This document shows, piece by piece, positions 1 to 11,050 of a stretch of DNA of 64,000 nucleotides. The notes beneath the pieces were generated by a model. The model ran no database searches and was not told the DNA's origin. It saw nothing but the letters and a program-made list of their open reading frames with translations. Positions within the stretch are counted from its first letter, which is position 1. Every line of letters starts with the position of its first letter. Origin of the DNA: Malacoraja senta. Lineage: Eukaryota. The translations under genes were made by a program, and so were the position numbers. The stretch spans positions 18,228,001 through 18,292,000 of the forward strand of contig CM075982.1 in the NCBI GenBank assembly GCA_038087875.1, read 5' to 3'.

Positions 1-692
1 CTCACTTAAACCACGAGTTGATACTGCTGGGCTAAAGCTCGCTGTCTCAGAGGCGTCCAGCTGTGACTCAGCAACTGCTAATAACTCACAACCTCGCCAC
101 AGCATCAGTGGAGGAAATATACATTCATGTCCTTCAGAGATGCTGCCTGACCCAATGAGTTACTCCAGTAATTTGTGTTTTGCTTGTTACTTGTAAACTT
201 CAGTTTTGTCTCAGCATTGGGTCACATTCTGTTGGACATGGCCTTCTGGGTCAGCACTGCTGTTATTGCTGGCTTGAGTTTCGACTCGCAGTTGGGGCAA
301 TTTCTGGGGCCCGCAGGCTTCTGGGTAAGCACCACCACCATTGCTGGCTTGTATCCGCCCCCCTGTCTTGCAATAGTTTAATCGCAAGGAATTACAGATG
401 TAAACTTGTGTGATTTGTACAGTGATGTGGAAATTACAAACTGCCTTGATTGCACCAGGGACTGAGTACAGAATTGTTAACATAAGTATGTAAGTCGCCT
501 ATTGCGTAAGTTGAGGAGTATCGATAATTGGCCGACTATTAGTACATTGTTGAGCAAATATTTCAGAGATTAAACTTTTCACAGAATCCAGGTCAGGACG
601 CAAATTTACATTCAGATGATGATCTTTTCAGCAGTGCCATTATTCATCAAAAACACAATTTTGGAGTATATAGCAATTCTTTATCTTTGTGG

Positions 693-959
693 GCAGACAC
701 AAAATGCTGGAGTAATTCAGCGGGTCAGGCAGCATCTCTGGAGCGAAGGAATGGGTGATGTTTTGGGTCTCGACCCTTCTTCAGACTGATGTCAGGAATC
801 TGAAGAAGGGTCTCGACCCGAAACGTCACCCATTCCTTCGCTCGAGATGCTGCCTGACCCGCTGAATTACTCCAGCATTTTGTGTCTACCCGCTGAGTTG
901 GTCCAGCATTTTGTGTCTACCTTAGATTTAATCCAGCATCTGCAGTTCTTTCCTGCACA
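693..959. mobile_element. Palindromic non-autonomous Penelope-type element with hammerhead cores, 14-bp TSD
   Basis: Inverted arms 695-785 and 799-887. Direct repeat ctttatctttgtgg at 679-692 and 960-973. Confidence 0.8.
800..827 (+). ncRNA. Minimal hammerhead-ribozyme core
   Basis: CTGAAGA-A-GGGT(ctcg)ACCC-GAAACGTC: conserved boxes, 4-bp stem II and palindromic ACGT in place of stem III. Stem I is weak. Confidence 0.6.
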
Positions 960-2728
960 CTTTATCTTTGTGGATAGGTTTGTGTCAAAAGATACCTTTC
1001 CAGCTGTTGCATTGGATATATTGTTCTGACAGAAACATTAGTCTTCCTAACAGCCTTAAAAATGCTAAGCCAAATAATTGCTTATGTTAGCTAAGCCTCT
1101 CAGTGTGATAAATCTTTGCCCTTCATTTTAAACCATATGAATCAGTACCATGCTTTAAAACACTATTTACAGATTATTTATAAACTAATCTACTTTGCAT
1201 ACAAGATGCAATACTATAGTTTGTAGAGTTCAGAAAAAGTTCAAAGTTATCATAACGAAGAATTAAGGACCGTAACTTATTCAGCATAAGCAAACACATT
1301 TGCAGCCAACAAATTATGTTAAATAAATTGAGATTGCAATTTTTAAACAGAAATTACATAGGCCAAATAATCAATGAGAATTGGGGGACCTACCTGCTCT
1401 CCAAATAGTACATATAATTATTTATAACTGGGCAGCTGAGACTTGTCACTGAAGCACTTGGTGGGGTTGATCTCACAAATTTCTACCTCAGTACTCTCAA
1501 CTTTGCTATCATTTGGTGCTTGTCCTAAAACATTATTGCAGTCTACTCAAGTAGGAACTAAGCTTGGTTTTAAACATGGATTAATGGAAGGTTTGTTGTT
1601 AACTTTTTGGTGAAAATTGAATTAAAAGATATAAACAAAATGATGAACTGTTCCAGATCTAAAGTTCTCCTTGAGGCTGAAGCAGTGAATGAGAAGTCCA
1701 GGAACCTTACAAAACAGGTGCACAAATCACAGGGTCTCAAAATGTATATTACATTAAAAGTTAGGTTCATTTTATTCATTTCCTTGAAATTATCAGAACA
1801 AATACATTTTAATGATTCAACTCAAATAGTTTTGAAACTTCAAGTCCAATGGTAGAAACAGCACATGCCAGAATACATCAATGTGAGCAATTATATGAGT
1901 TATTGAACCATCCCAAATAAGACATGTGTTACAAGGTTATAGCTTTTTCAAAAGTAGCTGATTTTTGTTTTACATTCTCCACAAGGTCAATCAACTTCAA
2001 CAAATCTATTTGAAATGACATGCTTTTATAATAATGGATGCAAAAAATAGTACAAGAGCCTTGTTCCAATAAGCTTTGCAGAGAAACTCAGGATTGTGCA
2101 CTAGTTAAAGGAAAATCAATTAAGACCACTTATGCTTAAATGAAAAATGGAATAGATTCAAACCAGTTAAATAACAAGACCCTAGGTTTAAAAACATAAA
2201 TATTATCAATGCTAGAACTGATCCATTGCTGGATTCATAGACAGAAGCATCCGAGGCAAGACAACTAACCAAAGCTAAAGTTGTGATTTCTTCCTTTAAT
2301 TTCCCTCCTCAAGTCACTAACTCCACAGACATCAATCATCCTCTGGTATCCTGAGCAGATACACTCTCTCACAATGTATTTGGACTACCACAGTAAAACC
2401 TTAGACTGATTCCTACTATCCTGACTTTTTAAGGAGATGCTTATTTTGGTATGGATAACATACAAACTTCTTTCAAATCTTTCAAATAAACAGTCCAAGA
2501 AAGTGATTATGAATATTTTACTATTTTGATCAGTTTGCTCATATTCCTTTCAGGTGATGACTGATTTTTCCCATTAATTATTATCTAAAACAAATCTGCA
2601 AAATTTCTCATTATTTCCAATGCAAACCTTGATGATCTCAATGGGAGTGTAAATTATTCTATTGTCTTCTCCAAGCTTTTCATTTTAAATAGGTTAATGA
2701 CTCATTACAGAATACCGAGTAGGCATAA

Positions 2729-3106
2729 TTCATCATCATCGGCGGTCACTCGAAACGAGTATGACTGTCCTCTCATGGAGGGCGCCTGTGCGTAACTTTG
2801 TTTAACGTGGGGAGACTGGTGCACAGACAGCCACCACATGGTTCTTGACAGTTCTGGGTCAGAATCCAGTGGCATGGAATCCAAGACGACCGGGGACCCT
2901 TTTCTGCTGCAGCCTTCATCTGCCTTCCCAGCCATTGTGACGCTCCACTAAAGTCAGCCATCATCCTCCGCCTGTTCCACCATTGAGGTCTTGGTTGGAT
3001 TGCTCTTTGTCAGAGACTTCCCCTTCAACCTTACCACCACGGGTGACCCGACCAGGAGCATAGCTCCAGACGGCATCGCTCTCAGGATCTCAGGACGACA
3101 CAAGCT
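2729..3106 (-). mobile_element. Short non-autonomous RTE-derived element (5' UTR joined to 3' end)
   Basis: Minus strand begins with an Expander/Rex3-like 5' UTR (tctggagctatgctcctggtcgggtcaccc...gacaaagagca) and ends catactcgtttcgagtgaccgcc(gat)n; no RT. Confidence 0.6.
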
Positions 3107-4351
3107 GTCTATGATCTCACTGTATATGATCTCACTTGCTTATCGGTAATGGTGCACATAGCAGAAGAGTTCTCATTCAAAGATTTATACTGCCAGAGCA
3201 AAGAATATACATTTAAATATTTAAATAATGTAATAACTTTAGTTGGTGACAGTTAAAAATTGAACATTTGTTGACAGACTCTGCAACTATGAGACAATCA
3301 TATACAACAGGAGCAGGCCATTCAGCTCAGTGCTCATGCCTTCTCTGAAAGGACCATCCAATTGATCCCACTCCCCTTGCTTATGCACCATACCTCCAAA
3401 CATTTCTTCATTTCAAATGTACATCCAAAAATAAGTTTTATTTTATCTGTTTCCACCACTCTTTCAAGCAGTGAATTCCAGCTTGTAACAACTTATTGTG
3501 TGACATTTTTAGATCCCAGCTCAAGAATATTTCATGATCTTATCTCTGGAAGTTCTGACTACCAACTCTTCTGAATGTATTTATTTTATTTTTATTTACA
3601 GGGGAATGTGAAATTTAGTGTAAGAGCAAATGTGCATATGGTATGCTGGACAAACAGAAGCGGTGCTTGCATGCGTGTACATACCTTTGTGTACTGTACA
3701 TGTGTGTATGGTTATTTTTCTGTATTTGCTTTGAAAAGCTTGACATAACGTTGCATTTCCAAAGATTGGAGTCTGTGTAGCTAAATAGGAAAATATCCAG
3801 ATACAGCATTGGTAATTCCCCTTTCCATCCAACCAAAAATCCCAATCAACTGCAGTGATATTCTCCTGTTGCAGTGGCACTTCTGCCGATTTAAAAATTC
3901 AGGTGAATTTGAACATAAAAATCAGAAACAGGCACAGTTGTTTTCTCCAACTGAAACATTTAATGGCATAAAAATATGGCACAAATCCTCTGCCTGCTTT
4001 TCAAAAATTCAGTGGGATAGTCAATTATTAATTTACAAGCCAACAACTGCTGCCTGAAAAATTAAGACAGGGTGTCTTAATGGGAATTAAATTATCCTTT
4101 TTTTTTATCAATCCATTTGCATGAAACAAAATCCATTAATGGCTATTTTAATGCAATGTAAATTCATTAGTGCATGAAAGATCCTTTTTAATAAATACCC
4201 TCATTAACTTGTGACAACCAAAAAGATCAGTATTTCACCAACTACATAACTGCAGGTGAAAGACTACTGTATATTTCAATATGTTGAAGAGCTGTACATT
4301 GGGCTAGAAGAGACGTATAATATATTTGAAATAAAAATGGCTTTGCATGCA

Positions 4352-4541
4352 GTTACGCCCATTAAGAATGAATTGTAGCTCATGAATGATGTATTGATAT
4401 ACGATCAGAATTTGCAATGAGGCATCACACCCTTTCCCTTCATCCGGTTACACCCATTAAGAATGAGATGTAGCTCATGGATGATGTATTGATATAGGAT
4501 CAGGATTTGCAATGATGCATCACACCCTTTCCCTCCATCCC
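4352..4541. repeat. 95-bp tandem duplication (2 copies)
   Basis: gttacgcccattaagaatg... at 4352 is repeated as gttacacccattaagaatg... at 4447. Confidence 0.9.
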
Positions 4542-5084
4542 AGGCTGGTTGCAAAGGCTGTCAGTTTAATGAAATATTGGGGATACAGATGTGAACATTC
4601 ACTAAGAAACCAATATTCTCAAGCAAAATTTGAAACCCTTCTTGAATCACAGATTACATCGTTGACAAGAAAATGCACAGAATGAATGACAGGGCTACGT
4701 TTCACAATGATCTAGCTCTGAATTACCATCTACATATTTAATCCCTGTAATATAGCAGATTATATAAAATTGTTGATCATCTCGCAGCAACTAATGGACT
4801 ACCTGAACTAGATTAGTTGTGTGTATTACACAACATTGGCAAGTTTTATAGCTCTCTCACTTTTTAGACAGATTTTAAAGTTTAAATTGTTGGTTTTAAG
4901 CACACTCTGAATGCTGCTGCACAGAATTATTTGGGAAGCAGTATTTCCATGAAATCGACTCTTTGTTTGGAGCAGAGAATCTTTGTAAACTTAGACATTT
5001 ATTTGCTTGCTGTTGTATATCCCCTTCAGATGTATGAGATTGTGATGAGTTGCAATGCCCAATACTGATAGCTGAAAAGACATT

Positions 5085-5385
5085 GTCATACAGCATGGAA
5101 ACAGGCCCTTCGGCCCGCCATGTCTGTGCCGAGCAAGATGTCCTATTTGTCTGTGTTTGGCCCATATTCCTCTAAACCTTTTACTATCCATGTACCTGTG
5201 CATGTGTCTTTTAAATGTTGTTATCGCACCTGCCTCAACTACCTCCTCTAGCTGCTCATTCTATATACCCGTCACCCGCTGGGTGAAAAGGTTACCCGTC
5301 AGGTTCCTATCAATTAATTTCCCCTCTCACCTTAAATTATGTCCTCTGGTCCTTGATTTCCCTACCCGGGATAAAAGACATGCAT
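5085..5385 (-). mobile_element. CR1/HER1 LINE 3' fragment
   Basis: Reverse complement of the CR1 3' end seen at 27440-27755 (acagcatggaaacaggcccttcggccc...). Confidence 0.8.
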
Positions 5386-5499
5386 TCACAGGAGATAATG
5401 TCTTTGGAAACAGTAATTGATGATGTTAAACAGCAGTCCATCAGCCATAAAAATAATTAGAAGCGAATAACAGGTGGCAGAGTCGGGACCTTATGGAGA

Positions 5500-5940
5500 T
5501 ATTTACAATTTGAAAGGCAATGAGGGGAGATAGTTGGAAATTTTCCCCTGTAGCTGAGATATTTAAAACTAGAGGGTATAGACTTTTGTTGCTACTTTCA
5601 ATGAGCTCTTGACAATGGACCCAAGATCCCCCAATATGTCAATGTTGTTAAGAGTCCTACCATTAAATGTTTACGTTTAGGGTAAGGGGTAAAAGGGGTT
5701 ATGAGGAAGTAGCTTTTCACCCAGAAGCAACTGGAGTCTGGAACACACCACCAGAGGGATGATGGAGCCAAGAACACCCTCAACATTTTAGAAATATCTA
5801 AATGAACACTTGAATCACATAGGCAGGGATCACAACTTACCAAGTGCTGATAAATGGGAATTGTATAGATAGGTACCTAATTGTAATGGCCGTCATGGGC
5901 ATCATGGGCCAAAGGACCTGTTTCTCTGCTGCATGTTTAT
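5500..5940 (+). mobile_element. Degraded CR1 3' fragment
   Basis: aaaactagagggtatagact... through gggccaaaggacctgtttctctgctg CR1-type tail. Confidence 0.55.
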
Positions 5941-6144
5941 ATGGTATTAACATTAAACAAAGTTGTTATTTAAGTGTCTTATGTTTGAATTGCATTATTG
6001 TCAAACGTAGACTTAACAAATAAATAATAATTCATTTTACTTGCTAAATTAAACCAAAAATTAGAATGAAGCGATATGTAAATTGAATGACACCAATAAT
6101 AATGCAAAGAATGTAGATATAATCTATACCTACTTTGTGCCATG

Positions 6145-6351
6145 GTAGACACAAAAAGCTGGAGTAACGCAGCGGGTCAGACTGCATCTCAGCATCTCTG
6201 GAGATCCCCTGATTCTCAGTCTGAAGAAGGATCCGGACCCGAAACATCAGCTATTCCTTTTCTCCAGAGATGCTGCCTGACCTGCTGAGTTAATCCAGCT
6301 TTTTGTGTCTATCTTCGGTTTAAACCAGCATCTGCAGTTCCTTCCTACACA
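6145..6351. mobile_element. Palindromic Penelope-type element with degenerate hammerhead core (6221-6248, plus strand)
   Basis: Inverted arms (acacaaaaagctggagtaac... / ...ccagctttttgtgtct). TSD ttgtgccatg (6135-6144) / ttatgccatg (6352-6361). Confidence 0.75.
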
Positions 6352-8130
6352 TTATGCCATGATAATTTGTTGCCAATTGCTGATAAGCAATATTATTTAT
6401 TCAGGATTGCAATGAATATGTTGAAAATAGTCAATTGGTATTAATAGCAATAATAACATTAGTTACAGCACCACATCTGCAGAGTTATGCATTAGTCTGA
6501 AAAATCCATTCATTTTGCAATATGGAAACAGATTCACATTCACGATCATTGCTGTATACAGGAAATTACATATCACAGTGAACCTGATAGTTGTCATTTT
6601 CCTATCTTAGTTTTAAAATATTACATTGAGAAAAGATATTTTAGAAATTATGAATTACTGTGTTCGACCTGTGCTGTGGGTTTGTGGAGAAATTACTTCA
6701 TCCCCCCATTTTTCATCCTGGAATCAGTTTATAAGCATCTCATTCTAAAGAATTCAGAACTCCAAAAAGGATAGAATGGAAATGGAATTGAAGAGGACAT
6801 AAACGCATGGTTCAGAAGCCCTGATAGAAGAGAAATTAATGTATTGGAGTCTCATATCTAATTATATAATAAATCATAAAGTTGCCAGGGCATCAAGAGT
6901 TAATTAGCTTGATTCTTTAATTGCCACCGTTTTAATTGGCAATCTGTGGCACTCACTGTGGAACCATCACATGTTGTGAGAAAGCAGCAGGGGATTACAG
7001 GCGGTACAGTGTGGGCTCATTACCTAACACTTTCCTTCACTTTGTCCAAGATCACGTAATTTGTTAAAGAGACACAATAAGCGCAATTAATTAAACTAGG
7101 CTTTTTTTGTTGTTGCAATCTTCCCAGAGAGTGGATGCTGAAAAATGCCTGCCAGTTCAACTCATGTTTGGATGGTGCAATCGTCAAATAATGCAAAGCT
7201 GCTGCTATACATTGTACGCGGGATATTACAGCCTCAGCCTACTGCTGAGAGCATAAAGGGAGCAAAATTATCACATTAAACCTAAGGTAAAAGATCCTAA
7301 TAAAAACCAAGAAGAATGTAAACTTAGAATCACCATCGGCAGGAGTTCACTGAACAACTAACTCATTAGTTACCTCCAATTCATGTGATCTAAGAAACCG
7401 CTTAATTGAGCATATTTTAAGAACACAACCACTATATCCTTTCTTCTTATCACAAGCACCCTTCGTCAATGCGAGAGGATATCATAGGCTGGACTGTAAT
7501 CGGATAAGAATGTCGTGAGCTGTGTTATAGGTAAATTACAGTCCGCTAAATACCACGAGATGCCAGAAGTTGTCGAATGCCTCAAATAAAAACATTTTCT
7601 CATTTATAAATCCCACCTCGGAGGGGGTAGCTGTGGTGCTGGTGCTGTTGCGTTGCAAGTAACAACCTCGACATATTTTAAGAAGTTCAAGTTAACGATG
7701 CTACATTAAAAAAAACGATAGCAGATTAGTGCTTGAGCGTTGCGTGATCGACAAGGAGCCACCTTGTCGATCACCTGGCAGATTTCTTATGGGTTATGGA
7801 CAGCATTGATAAGATTGGGTTTATTTCACCAACTATTTCACATTGTGGAAAATGCTGGAACTACTCAGCAGGACAGGCCGCGTCTATCAGGAAGAGAAAC
7901 ATATTCAACGTTTCATCCGGAGTATTTCCGGCATTTTCTATTTTTGCTTTCGATTTCCAATAATTGTAGTCTTGTTTTTCATTTCACGTACGGAAATGAT
8001 GTCGCAAATTAGGGAAACGGCCAAGGAAATACCTTCTCTCAAATTATTTGAATACATTCCCAGTACTATGTTTAAGGGGATTCATTTCTTGGAAACTTTT
8101 ACGCAGCGCCAATACATGTAGTGCACTCAC

Positions 8131-8375
8131 CCCTGTTCCTCCATCATCTCCTGAAGCTCCATGCATTTGAGTTCGACCCTTCTTTTCCGTTCGTGATCTA
8201 GTATTTCCCGGTTGGCCTTTTTTACCACGAGTGGTTCCTTTTGCTTGGGGTCCCCTTCGGTGGTGTATTCCGCGCCACTTGCCTTCCTCTGCGGGGCTGC
8301 AGAGAGCATTTGCTGAGCGCAGCCATTTGTACAGCTCTCCCGAGCAGAGGGCAACCCGTCGCCGTTGTTGTGCAT
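8131..8375 (-). CDS. SRRM3: SRRM3 first coding exon (N-terminus plus start of the cwf21 domain); exon probably 8413-8131
   Basis: Translation ...PLVVKKANREILDHERKRRVELKCMELQEMMEEQG matches the SRRM3 cwf21 segment. ATG is in gccaacATG context. Donor GG|gtgagt at 8130 (phase 2). Acceptor tgtgttttctcttgcag| with AG at 8415-8414. The N-terminus is not the invariant MYNGIGL of SRRM2, and SRRM4 lacks cwf21. The next exon (YSEEEI...) was not found in the window. Confidence 0.9.
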
Positions 8376-9005
8376 GTTGGCGATCGAATTACCAATTCAG
8401 TTCTGCAAGGGAACTGCAAGAGAAAACACAGAACTTCAGTTCAACCCACAAGCAAAGTGGCAGATTAATGGAAGTAGAACTAGAGTACACAGAGGCCCGG
8501 TGGATAGACTATTTCGAGAACGTGGAGCCGATTTTATCATTACTTAAAACATTCCCCCATTTAAGTGCTATTTCGAACGTCTTGAATTTAGTTGCATCTT
8601 CACCATGTTACAAATTGCGATGCCACCCATAGTTAAAATGTAGTCAGCAACATCCGGTGGAAACGTTTTTTTACGGCCGGTCCCATGTTTAAAGATCTGC
8701 CACTCCACGGGACGCATGGTGTCAGCGATTACACTATTAACACACATTGCCCATTTCAGTGCTGAATTCAGTTACACATTATTCGAAAAAGTATTACCGT
8801 CTAAATCCCGAACTCTACTGGCCAAATACCCGGGTGTGCCAAATACAAGTGCATTCTTTACAGCCACATTAACAAATAACAACAAAATGTATTAATTTGC
8901 GTGTATTAGTATACACCGCCCCAACTTTAAGCAGTCCGGTGATATAAAATGATCCGGGCAAATGCCCACTAATCGCATTACCATCCGAGCAAATGCAGCT
9001 CGGTT

Positions 9006-9395
9006 GCCGCTATCCACGATGGTGAGAGCAGGATCCTACCTATTGTGTTGTCTACAAAGCCGGAAGCAGGATCGCTCGCCGCGGTGTTATTGTCCAAGGT
9101 GCTGAACAGTGAAACCGTCGCCTCGTTGCTGACAGCAGGAGCGAAGCCTGTTGTGTTGCTATCCGCGGTGCTGAAAGCAGGGGCGCTGCCGCGCTGCTGC
9201 TACCCACAGTGCGAAAGCAGCAGCTCGACTCTATGCTGCTAGCCGCGGTGCTGAAAATAGGAGTTCCAGTTGTTGTGTTGCTATCCGCGGTGCTGATAAG
9301 ACTTTAACTACATGCTGCAAGTTTCCCATAAACTGTAATATCCTGGCCTCACCATCCGTGGTGTAGCGGTGCGAGGCGCTGTGCAGGGTGCTGAG
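9006..9395 (-). promoter_or_regulatory. Tandem cluster of RE1/NRSE (REST-binding) motifs upstream of the SRRM3 coding exon
   Basis: Plus-strand 21-mers versus reverse RE1 consensus GGCGCTGTCCnnGGTGCTGAA: 9086 gttattgtccaaggtgctgaa; 9155 gttgctatccgcggtgctgaa; 9235 gctgctagccgcggtgctgaa; 9277 gttgctatccgcggtgctgat; 9375 ggcgctgtgcagggtgctgag. Degenerate copies start at 9006, 9046, 9113, 9196 and 9348. Confidence 0.85.
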
Positions 9396-10762
9396 ACTGT
9401 ACTTATATGTGCGAGGCGTTAGCAGCAGTCGACTCGTTGCTCGATATGATCAACGTCGAACGCCCCGGCGCTTCTGATGCTTCATTGTTCACTTCAGAAA
9501 TCGGTCGCGTCGATTGCCTGCGATAGTCAGATGATACAGGCATAACCAAATGCACTCCTGAAACGTTTCCCGTGTTCCTGTCCGCGGGACGATCAAATGT
9601 CTCCCTACCTATGGCTGCCTCACTGGAGAAAAGCTTGCAATGTGGCAATACGAAAGGGGGAGTTGCTTAGCCAGCTGTCCCGTGTAACACAATGCGCCGA
9701 CACTGCCAGCGCCTTGCATATATAAATACACCTCTCTACTCGTCAGCTCACCGAGAGGAAATAAGACCCAAATGCTCCCCACAGTTTAACGCTAGTTTCA
9801 GCCCGGCACTATAATTAGAAACGTGACATTAGCTCCATTCCCCAATCGCTCATCTTGAATGATAAAAAAAGACAATGACATTTGCAGCTCCCATATGGAT
9901 CTAAGATTAATTCCGTGCAAAAGTTGGCGAAACGACAATTGATAGCCTATATTTAGATTTAAGATTAAATACACCAGAGCTTGTATTTAATCTCCAATGT
10001 ACACGGGAATGAAATCGCTTGAGATTAATTTGCCGCCTCAAAAATACGGTCGTGGTTTATGAAAAAAAAGTATTTTTGACGACTTAAGTCACAAGTGAAA
10101 GTCTGTAAATTGATTAGATGTTGTTGTCACTACTTTAACAATTCACAAGAACAGAGACAACGCATCAAAATATAATTATTTCTGATTCTCAATTCTCCAG
10201 AATTTCAGGCGGGAATTAATAAACTGGCTTACTGCCTTTATAATCACCATAACTATGATTCTTATTATCTACAGAAAGTCTTCTAACTTTCTTCCATCCT
10301 TCCGGACTGATGTGATATTTTCCATTTCACCGAGGGAGTGAAAACTCTACGAGAAGGGCCAAGTAAACAGGTTTGATCTAATTAACGAGCACCGACCGTC
10401 TGCATTTAAGACCAATCGCTTTCGAATGCAATTTATCTGATTGGTTTGGGTGGAATAATCATTTGAACACGACGAGTTTCATAATGCTGCTCCAACGCAA
10501 GTCACACACGAGTGCATTAATAAACCGCTCGCTGAAAGCAAGACGCCAAAACAATTGAGCTCTGCTAACGTCATGGGGAGTGTTGGAGTGGGGGGAGAGA
10601 GATCTGATATTTTAATCTGAAGGGCTGCAACGACAGCATGACTTCAGGCGTCCATTTCTTTTTAACCCTTCGTGCTACAGGTTCCTTAAATTCGGATCCT
10701 GCTGAAGTGCGGACCTTCAACTTGGAACTTAATGCCGCTCAGAGTGAAAACATAACGCTTAC

Positions 10763-11050
10763 TTGTTCGGGAACAGGCCAATCGAAAATCTTCATTCGCG
10801 AACCAGTTTGTTGTGCAGACACTGGACTGCGCTCGTCGCCACAGTTCTTAAACCGCCGACACGAGGCATTGAAGGCGCAGTGTTACTTGCTCCTTTTACA
10901 CTTGGCTGCACTCGGTTTTCAACGAAGCATTTGCACACCATTTCACTTAAAAAAAAATCCCATAACTGTGAATTATTGATAGTAAAGATGGAGGGTGTGA
11001 CACCTTTCTTCAGAGGAAGGAGCCTAAGTACGCACACCAACGGCTCTCGT
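10763..11050 (-). other. Candidate non-coding first exon of SRRM3
   Basis: Minus-strand donor AA|gtaagc with GT at 10762-10761, at the edge of the CpG-rich block. An alternative donor (cg|gtgagc near 9750) also exists. The 5' end is a guess. Confidence 0.25.

Noticed and set aside
230-525. Two ~77-bp repeats and a Tigger-like terminal motif (also near 33680-33730)
   Set aside because: Too degenerate, and the matching opposite end was not found.
8131-8375. Assignment as SRRM2 or SRRM4
   Set aside because: REILDHERK...KCMELQEMMEEQG and the degenerate N-terminus fit SRRM3; SRRM4 lacks cwf21.
8222-8632. Overlapping ORFs 8222-8419, 8231-8632, 8241-8468 and 8365-8547
   Set aside because: Antisense or alternative-frame shadows of a GC-richer exon with no recognisable protein features.
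9006-9300. Repeat-spacer look (CRISPR-like) and ORF 9045-9242
   Set aside because: This is vertebrate DNA with no cas genes, and the linkers are related to each other. The ORF is just the translated repeat; RE1 motifs explain the pattern.
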